Origin: Albugo candida
Lineage: Eukaryota
DNA length: 64,000 nt
NCBI GenBank assembly: GCA_040437565.1
Contig: JBDOQK010000062.1
Location: forward strand, 124,001-188,000
Direction: 5' to 3'
The notes beneath the pieces were generated by a model, which ran no database searches, was not told the DNA's origin, and saw only the letters and a program-made list of their open reading frames with translations. Positions 57,004-64,000 of this stretch are shown in pieces (position 1 is the stretch's first letter; each line of letters opens with the position of its first letter). The position numbers and the translations under genes were made by a program.

Positions 57004-60000
57004 ATGAGCTTGTATATAGATGCGAAAACGCCTATAATTCACGAAAACGCTTCAGAAAATCACAGAACAAGGTCCCATGAAACGCGGACGCACGAAATAC
57101 ACGCACAAGCTTCTGATCATTACGCCGCTACCGGATTGCAACAACGCGATACAGCGAGACGTCCGGTATACTCGCGAAGAAATGCGGTGCGATACAGAGA
57201 ATCCAGTCCATTATCGAGTGATAACAATTTTGAGCTTTTGGGCAAAGAACCGCATGTTCAAAAATATCTCGTGGCGCGTTCGTATCGACAAAATTCGTAC
57301 TTTGCGACAAAGTTACATCATTTCTCAATCATTTTAACTACAATAATGGCCTGTGCAGTGTGCTTTTATTACCTTCATAACGATAAAAGTATCGTGCTTA
57401 ATCAAGAATGGCCTACTCAGCATGGATTTCGTCTTACTGATCCGAAGCGTTTCTACACTTTTCAAGCCACTGGATGCGAGAGTATGATTGGATTTGCAGC
57501 ATTGACCTATCACACATTTCCAGCCCTTCTCATTCTTGGACTTCCAGGCTCCGGGCTACGTCTATTTGAGCCATTTCATCGTCAGCAAGGATACCAGGAA
57601 TCACGTACGCGAGTCAAACTCAAACGAAAACTCATGTTTCAAGTCTGTGAAATGGTTGGCGTGCTTGTTTTCCTCTTCAGCTTTGTCCTGTTTCTCTTTT
57701 TCTGGTACATGGTGTTTCGCCATGCTGCATTTTCATGCCCCATCCTCTCCGTTCATGTGTACTGTTTCCTGGCGTTTCTTTGCTTTATCGCCATTTTTGT
57801 GGAATTATGTCTTTTTGCCCGTTATCGCGAACATATCAAAATGACACTAGGGGCTTTCAAAGAGAGCGATCAAACCGGGAATGTTCGTCACTTATTCGGT
57901 AAAACCGAACGAAAAACTTCAACTTCAACTTCAACGCGCGCACTCATTCACGCATGTCGGAACCGCATTTTTCGAGCGACTCGCTCGGGTGATTCCGCCG
58001 AACTGGAACGTGCGATAGTATACGCGAAGGAACGGCTACCAGATTTTCCTTCGCGGTATTATGGTAACGTGGTCATTTACTTTACATTCTTCAGTCTTTC
58101 AGAAAAAAATCCAATGCATATGGCAGCTTATAACGGACACGTGGAAGCTATGAAGTTGCTTCTTTCGTATGGTTTTGATGTTAACGCGTTCGATAAATTC
58201 AGTCGCGTGCGATTTAGTACCGGCGATCTCTTTTGGTACTTTGCGCAGTTTTTTGTATCGAAACCGGTAGACGTCGAGCAAGATCAAGCGGTATCGGTTT
58301 TAAAAAGCACATTGGTATCACCGTTACATTGTGCAGTAACTTCAGGGCAATCGGAAGCTGTTCGATGGCTTCTACAGCATGGAGCTGATGCCAACTTGGT
58401 TGCGGTATCTTCGTATCGGTCCGAGCGCGTACCTCCGATATTCCTGGCAGACCATCCGGAAATCGTTCGCATCCTTATTGAGCATGGGGCTAATATATTA
58501 ATGGTACCAGATCCGGGGCATATGAATACAGTGACTGTATTACAGATGGCGTATATGCGAAGCGATCGCGCAGTGGAACATGAGCTGGAAGAACATGGAG
58601 GAGATGTAGCTCTGACTCCGTTTCATGCTGCAGCAGCGTTGGATGATGTGGTAGCCGTACGAAAATTTATACGGGATGGAATTGATGTGAATTGTCTCGG
58701 AGAGCAAGGATATCTTGGTATGAATCGACGGACACCGTTGCATTGGGCTGTGGTGAATAACGCGAAGAATGTGGTTGAGATTCTATTGCATTCGAATGCA
58801 GATCCCAATTTTCAAGATGTGCGAGGACGGACACCGTTACATTGGGCTGCTCGTCTCAACCACGCGGAAATTATATCGTGTCTTCTGTCTTATGATGCAA
58901 ATGTCAACATTGTCGATCAAGATGCGATGACTCCTCTTATTTGTGCTGCATTTGGGAGAAATGTTGGACGAGAATTATTCACAGATCTGGTCAACAAGGG
59001 AGCTAATATCAACTATGCGTTACCGACTACGGGCGATACGGCTTTACATATTGCAATACGATGTGAAAATAAAAATACAGCATTGGCAATCTTAGCAAGT
59101 GGAGGAATGATTCTCACTCTGAACAGAGAAGGTGTGCGTCCAATTGACTGCACAACATCAACCAAGTTCCAGTATGAAGTCAAACAAGCAGCAGGACATC
59201 GCGATGTGATGATAAGCTATACACATACTCACATTGAGTTTGCAAAGAAATTACGAAAGTCCCTTGAAGATAATCACGTCACAACTTGGCTGGACTTGAT
59301 GGATCCAAGCGGTATCGGTGGTGGAACTATATGGCGAGCAGAAATTGCTCGTGGGATCACGAATGCTGCTTTGGTGGTCTGCATACTGGCGGAAGACTAC
59401 GCTGAATCAGACTGGTGCCTAAAAGAGCTGGCACTGGCAAAGCAAGTTGGTACTCCAATATTGGCTGTTTCGACTGAAAATGTCACCATCGGTGAAGATC
59501 TACAGGTTTACTTATACACTCGCCAGATGATTCCATTTGAGCCAGCCATTATAGCTACCAAACGCAACATACTAAACAGTCGGCTAATCGAGTATGAATA
59601 CGATGAGTTTCAGTACGCCAACCAATTCCGCTTGCTACTCGATGGTGTACGCGACGAAATTGAGAAGAATCGAAAGAATGTGTTGTGTCGGAATATGCGA
59701 TTGCAACAAAACGCAAATAATTCGACTATCGTGACTATGATGCAGAACAGAATGCCTAACAAGGTACACGTAGATGCATCCATGGGTTCCAACCAATTTG
59801 TATTCATATCACATGGTGATAAGCATGCGCGCTTTGTTGACCGACTAAGTCGAGCACTCACCGAGAAGAAAGTGTTGTGTTATGTGGATCGATACGTGAG
59901 CAACATCTCGGAGAGTGGAGACGTAGCGGATCGCATTCACGCGGCAAAGGAGGCGATCTTGAAATGTTCTTGCTTTGTTGTCATTCTATCGGATAGCACA

Positions 60001-60345
60001 GTCAACTGTGACTTCTTGACGGATCAGCTCGCGTTTGCTGAAGACAAAGCAAAACCGATTTTTCCAATCATTTTGAATAAGATCGAAGTTGGCTTGGACA
60101 AGAATTACACGTTGGCTCGCACGGAACTGTATCATTTCATTATGAATGGGCTTGGATTCAAATCAAGCTTACAAAACTTGTTAACTGGATTGATGACGCA
60201 CTACATTGCAGCAAATAGTCTCAACGACGACATTTCTGAGATCCTAGGCAAATCATATGCTACGCCAACTCTGATCGGAAACGGGTTCACGGAATCATAT
60301 TCCATACTTGAAGAGCATTCGATTCTGGGCGCTTCGTCGGAGTGA
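57004..60345 (+). CDS. Membrane protein with 4 TM helices, ankyrin repeats and two TIR (TIR_2-like) domains
   Basis: TMs at about 57316-57375, 57484-57549, 57631-57717 and 57739-57819. Ankyrin repeats about 58100-59150 (NPMHMAA, SPLHCAV, TPFHAAA, TPLHWAV, GRTPLHWAA, TPLICAA, GDTALHIA). TIR1 DVMISY..WLD..WCLKELALA (about 59200-59650). TIR2 FVFISH..YVD..FLTDQLAFA..PIFPI (about 59795-60200). Intronless. The ORF track starts at TTG 56998; the first ATG is 57004. Confidence 0.9.
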   Translation: MSLYIDAKTPIIHENASENHRTRSHETRTHEIHAQASDHYAATGLQQRDTARRPVYSRRNAVRYRESSPLSSDNNFELLGKEPHVQKYLVARSYRQNSYFATKLHHFSIILTTIMACAVCFYYLHNDKSIVLNQEWPTQHGFRLTDPKRFYTFQATGCESMIGFAALTYHTFPALLILGLPGSGLRLFEPFHRQQGYQESRTRVKLKRKLMFQVCEMVGVLVFLFSFVLFLFFWYMVFRHAAFSCPILSVHVYCFLAFLCFIAIFVELCLFARYREHIKMTLGAFKESDQTGNVRHLFGKTERKTSTSTSTRALIHACRNRIFRATRSGDSAELERAIVYAKERLPDFPSRYYGNVVIYFTFFSLSEKNPMHMAAYNGHVEAMKLLLSYGFDVNAFDKFSRVRFSTGDLFWYFAQFFVSKPVDVEQDQAVSVLKSTLVSPLHCAVTSGQSEAVRWLLQHGADANLVAVSSYRSERVPPIFLADHPEIVRILIEHGANILMVPDPGHMNTVTVLQMAYMRSDRAVEHELEEHGGDVALTPFHAAAALDDVVAVRKFIRDGIDVNCLGEQGYLGMNRRTPLHWAVVNNAKNVVEILLHSNADPNFQDVRGRTPLHWAARLNHAEIISCLLSYDANVNIVDQDAMTPLICAAFGRNVGRELFTDLVNKGANINYALPTTGDTALHIAIRCENKNTALAILASGGMILTLNREGVRPIDCTTSTKFQYEVKQAAGHRDVMISYTHTHIEFAKKLRKSLEDNHVTTWLDLMDPSGIGGGTIWRAEIARGITNAALVVCILAEDYAESDWCLKELALAKQVGTPILAVSTENVTIGEDLQVYLYTRQMIPFEPAIIATKRNILNSRLIEYEYDEFQYANQFRLLLDGVRDEIEKNRKNVLCRNMRLQQNANNSTIVTMMQNRMPNKVHVDASMGSNQFVFISHGDKHARFVDRLSRALTEKKVLCYVDRYVSNISESGDVADRIHAAKEAILKCSCFVVILSDSTVNCDFLTDQLAFAEDKAKPIFPIILNKIEVGLDKNYTLARTELYHFIMNGLGFKSSLQNLLTGLMTHYIAANSLNDDISEILGKSYATPTLIGNGFTESYSILEEHSILGASSE

Positions 60346-60724
60346 GAACAGAAGACCTACCTTGGAAATTCGGATCGCTGTGCGAAACAGGCTCTATCGT
60401 GCTTTGTGACGAAGTCGATCGCCGACTTTGCTGGGGTTTACGCCAAATAGTGATACATTCGACGATCATTCACACTACGCTGGAGATAATCTCGCTCAAT
60501 GAGGCTTTCGATACGCAATTTGATTAGCTGAGGAGATGGTGTGAATCGTCCGGTCATTTGCCTCACAACTTCAGCAATCAAATGACTNNNNNNNNNNNNN
60601 NNNNNNNNNNNNNNNNNNNNNNNNNNNNNNNNNNNNNNNNNNNNNNNNNNNNNNNNNNNNNNNNNNNNNNNNNNNNNNNNNNNNNNNGCTTTGTGACGAA
60701 GTCGATCGCCGACTTTGCTGGGGT

Positions 60725-63447
60725 TTACGCCAAATAGTGATACATTCGACGATCATTCACACTACGCTGGAGATAATCTCGCTCAATGAGGCTTTCGATA
60801 CGCAATTTGATTAGCTGAGGAGATGGTGTGAATCGTCCGGTCATTTGCCTCACAACTTCAGCAATCAAATGACTATGTTCCATATGTCTTCTTGCCTTCA
60901 TCACTCGGACAATCACTGCTTCTACCGTACAAAAAAACACAATCAGCGGTTAAGAAAACAGGCAGAGTCAATGGATTGGCATCAAAATTCGAATCACTGA
61001 AAGGATATAAATGCTTTCGATCTTCAGCAACTGTTGCTGGAAGTTGAGTTTGATCAATTTGCTTCTCATCGCCACCGTAGACAGCATTCAGCATCAAAGA
61101 TGTCTCTTTCTGCGAAATCAATGGAATACGGACACGATAGAGTTTGCTTTGATACTCTTCGTTCAATGTGAATACATCATCAAGATCAATTCGCTTCCCT
61201 TTGGAGCTTTTTAACAAAATTCGAAACTTCGGGGTGCAAAGCGAAATCAAATGGCGTTTCAGCTCATGTTCGTGAATCTGCGTTTGCTCCAGAATCTGCT
61301 TGAACGACCAACATGTGTCCGAATTGAACATCAACAGAATATAAGCCTGATAGGTCGACACATTGAATTCATGGATTCTGTCTCCGTTGTTTCTCTGAAA
61401 GCGTGCTCGAATATCCACAGAGCCTAATTGAGTCGCCCACGTCAGCTTCCGGCCATTATGACGTGACACATAGAAGTTTTCAAAGCTTTCAATCAGTTGC
61501 TTTAGCTCAGCTGGCACATCTGAAATAGATGGAGGAGAAATCGGCCAGAAACCACTCGTAAGGATGTGAACATGGAGCTGTGCAGAAGTCGTATCCATAT
61601 CGGCCGCTTTATCCGAAATTGGGCGTTTTGATTGTGCCTTACGATACATTCCCATGATATCTTTTGACACGTTGATGTCTTTAAACATTCCCTCCAACTT
61701 GGAAGTGAATTGATATCCACATTCTTCTCTCAATTTGGTTATAACCATTCGTTCTGCTTCATCACTGGCGCCACGTTCCCTCAACAATCGCCTGGCCAGA
61801 AGATTCTTATAATATTCTTCGAAAACGTCTTTATCTTGGAGATATCGAAACAATGCGATCACCTCACTCACTTGGTTCTTTAATTCCTCTTCATATCGAG
61901 CTTTGGAACGTAATAACTCATCGAGGTAATGAGCCAAGTAGCCGGAGCAAATGCTGTTGATATTCAGAAACGCTTCANNNNNNNNNNNNNNNNNNNNNNN
62001 NNNNNNNNNNNNNNNNNNNNNNNNNNNNNNNNNNNNNNNNNNNNNNNNNNNNNNNNNNNNNNNNNNNNNNNNNNNNNGATTCTTATAATATTCTTCGAAA
62101 ACGTCTTTATCTTGGAGATATCGAAACAATGCGATCACCTCACACACTTGGTTCTTTAATTCCTCTTCATATCGAGCTTTGGAACGCAATAACTCATCGA
62201 GGTAATGAGCCAAGTAGCCGGAGCAAATGCTGTTGATATTCAGAAACGCTTCAAAGCCTCGTTTGATACTTTTATGGAATTCTGGATCTTCTTGGAAACA
62301 TCGTTGCCAGAAAGTGATAAATGGCTTTCGAAGATTCAAGATCTGGTCCACAAATTGTCTTGAATCTACAGCGGTTTCCGGCTTCAATTGAGCTTGGACG
62401 TACTGCTCTCCATTATGCTTTATGTAGCCATACACACTTTCGGTCATATTCTTTAGTGTCTGTGGAATTCGACGAAAGAGGAGGTACATCCGTCGCAACG
62501 AGTCCACGTTTCCATCACGGAACATGATCCAACACCCCGAATTGACTTGATCGGTCAGAAGTTTCGCCTGTTTCTCAATCAATTCCGTCTCGACAATCCT
62601 TTTCAGCTTGTGATCGGTTGTGGAGTTTAGATAGTAAGATACCCGGAGAGCTTCTTCTTGGATCCGTTGATCGGCTTTGATGAGATACTCCCCACAAGGT
62701 GCATGATCCAAGTATCTCTGGGCTTCTTGGCGGTAGAACTCCAATGTCTCAGCAAGAAAGAATTTCTCGAACTCTTCTTCGTACACGCAGTTGGAATGGA
62801 TTCCAAGCATGACCAACATACAAAGCGTGTTTTTCATTGAAGCTCGGTCAATCAGTTCACCGTGACGTTCACATGCAATATTCTTCAGCAGAAGTGATCG
62901 AAGCCGGCTTTGGATCCTTCCATTTCGAACAACAACTGCGAGAAAGATTAACAAAGAGCGCTGATAGATTGGAGTTTTTCGTTTTTGTGGCACGTAATTA
63001 TGCTCCTACATTGACAAAATGTCATAAAATTGAAGAGTGTTGAGAACGCGTACCATATACATCAACACATCACGAATCATGGTGATGATCACTTGGTAAT
63101 CATTCCATTTCTGGTTCAGAAATGCCAGTAGATTTTCATTTGGAGTCAATGCGACCTCATCGGCCAACTCTTCGCACTGTTCTGTGATCACTTGGACAAC
63201 TCCATTGTAAAGCAAGTCTCCGTGCTTTTGCAGAACAAGATGGTATGAAGACCTGTAACATCAATAATGAATTGCAAACTCTCTCCGTATCGTCTCCTTA
63301 CCGAAAAAGTTCCTCAAAGGAAAGCTGACTCGCATTATGAGCGAAAATTTCACGCATTGCGCCCCGAAGAAACTCCCAAGTCTCTTGAGCGAGCGACGCG
63401 TCCATCCCCACTCGCTGGCGGTACGGTTTGATCACTAATTTTTTCAT
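60725..63447 (-). CDS. CUL3: Cullin-3, multi-exon, spans two gap duplications
   Basis: NASQLSFEELFR..YHLVLQKHG, MIRDVLMYM, LFRYLQDKDVFEEYYK, KLREECGYQFTSKLEGMFKD, HNGRKLTW, neddylation helix EAVIVRVMKARR..IESLIERDYL..YHYLA. A duplicate copy of the last exon ends at 60438. Confidence 0.95.
60927..61008 (-). other. U12-type (minor spliceosome) AT-AC intron in CUL3
   Basis: The 82-nt segment starts ATATCCTTT, contains TTTTCTTAACC and ends GTAC. Its removal restores the conserved DRKHL-VEAVIVRVMKAR frame. Confidence 0.88.
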
Positions 63448-63554
63448 GATTGGTTTATTAATTGCACGCAAATTGCTTCCAAAAAGCGGCAATGGCTGAA
63501 TGAATTCCTTGCGCACGAAGAAAGCGTACAGTAACGAACCGATTATTAAATAGT

Positions 63555-64000
63555 ATGGAAATTATTATATGCTCTCGATCTGGGAAGCCGATTTTTCAGT
63601 GTCAATTGCGTCAAAAGCAGCTATGCAACACGGCTACAGTGGATGGTGAATCAGTGGAGAGTCGCTACTCTTCCGCTGCATTCGTTTCTTCGATGCAAGG
63701 GCTTTTAGATTTTGTTTTTTGTACTCAAAAGCAGAAGCTACAAGTCATCGAGACAGAGACTTTTGTGGCTCGATTTATTACCACAGATGAATTGAGCTTT
63801 GCAGTACTGCTCACAAAGAGATGTTTTGAGATCACGCTGACATGGTCATGCGTTGAGCGTTTATTTGATCTCCTACATGGCTTTATTCAGCTCATTCTGA
63901 CTCGAAAAGGCCTCGAAATTCTCAAAAGCAGCCCTGAGTACGATCTACGTAGTCTTCTGACCAACACAGAAAATATCATGGAGCGAATTGCCTATCTCTG
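63555..64000 (+). CDS. MON1: Vacuolar fusion protein MON1-like (first longin domain), partial
   Basis: Manual translation MEIIICSRSGKPIF..SMQGLLDFV..LLHGFIQLILT..PEYDLRSLL matches Mon1 LS.AGKPIY / GVMQAL.SFV / NYDLRRLL motifs. The frame is open to the window end and is not in the ORF track. Confidence 0.75.
   Translation, partial: MEIIICSRSGKPIFQCQLRQKQLCNTATVDGESVESRYSSAAFVSSMQGLLDFVFCTQKQKLQVIETETFVARFITTDELSFAVLLTKRCFEITLTWSCVERLFDLLHGFIQLILTRKGLEILKSSPEYDLRSLLTNTENIMERIAYL

Noticed and set aside
61802-62253. Apparent internal repeat in CUL3 and a second CUL3 3' exon at 60401-60587
   Set aside because: Both are gap-flank duplications; collapsing them yields a normal cullin.
60345-63447. 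Functional link between the TIR-ankyrin gene and adjacent CUL3 or centrin as a 'system'
   Set aside because: Eukaryotic neighbours in a uniformly dense genome; there is no sequence evidence of co-regulation.
1-64000. Prokaryotic features (CRISPR arrays, operons, defence islands) and the many short antisense ORFs in the track
   Set aside because: The sequence is intron-containing eukaryotic DNA. I saw no spaced direct-repeat array, and the short ORFs are shadows of confident genes on other frames.

Overview
This is a eukaryotic, very gene-dense window (about 32 protein-coding genes in 64 kb, with GT-AG introns of about 45-60 nt and intergenic gaps often under 100 bp). The gene families (SKN1/KRE6-type GH16, HGGG-repeat 'WRKY19-like' zinc fingers, AAAP permeases, C4-pathway ALAS, centriole genes) point to an oomycete with a compact genome. 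An Albugo-like white-rust pathogen is my inference, not proven. Most genes are housekeeping: SMC1, WDR4/Trm82, TAF8, ATG16, ISCA2, HRD1, MCTS1, ALAS, YJU2, ASL, centrin-3, CUL3 and MON1. Highlights: (1) an intronless 4TM-ankyrin-TIR-TIR receptor-like protein whose first TIR keeps the catalytic Glu and whose second has Glu->Gln; (2) a U12-type AT-AC minor intron in CUL3; (3) an MLO-family membrane protein fused to an EF-hand-like tail; (4) a decayed, RT-deleted LINE lying head-to-head just upstream of a tRNA-Arg(TCT) gene. Ten of the eleven 100-N gaps are flanked by direct duplications. These are assembly overlaps, and three of them carry apparent allelic SNPs. All gene identities come from motif recognition by eye; no database search was run.
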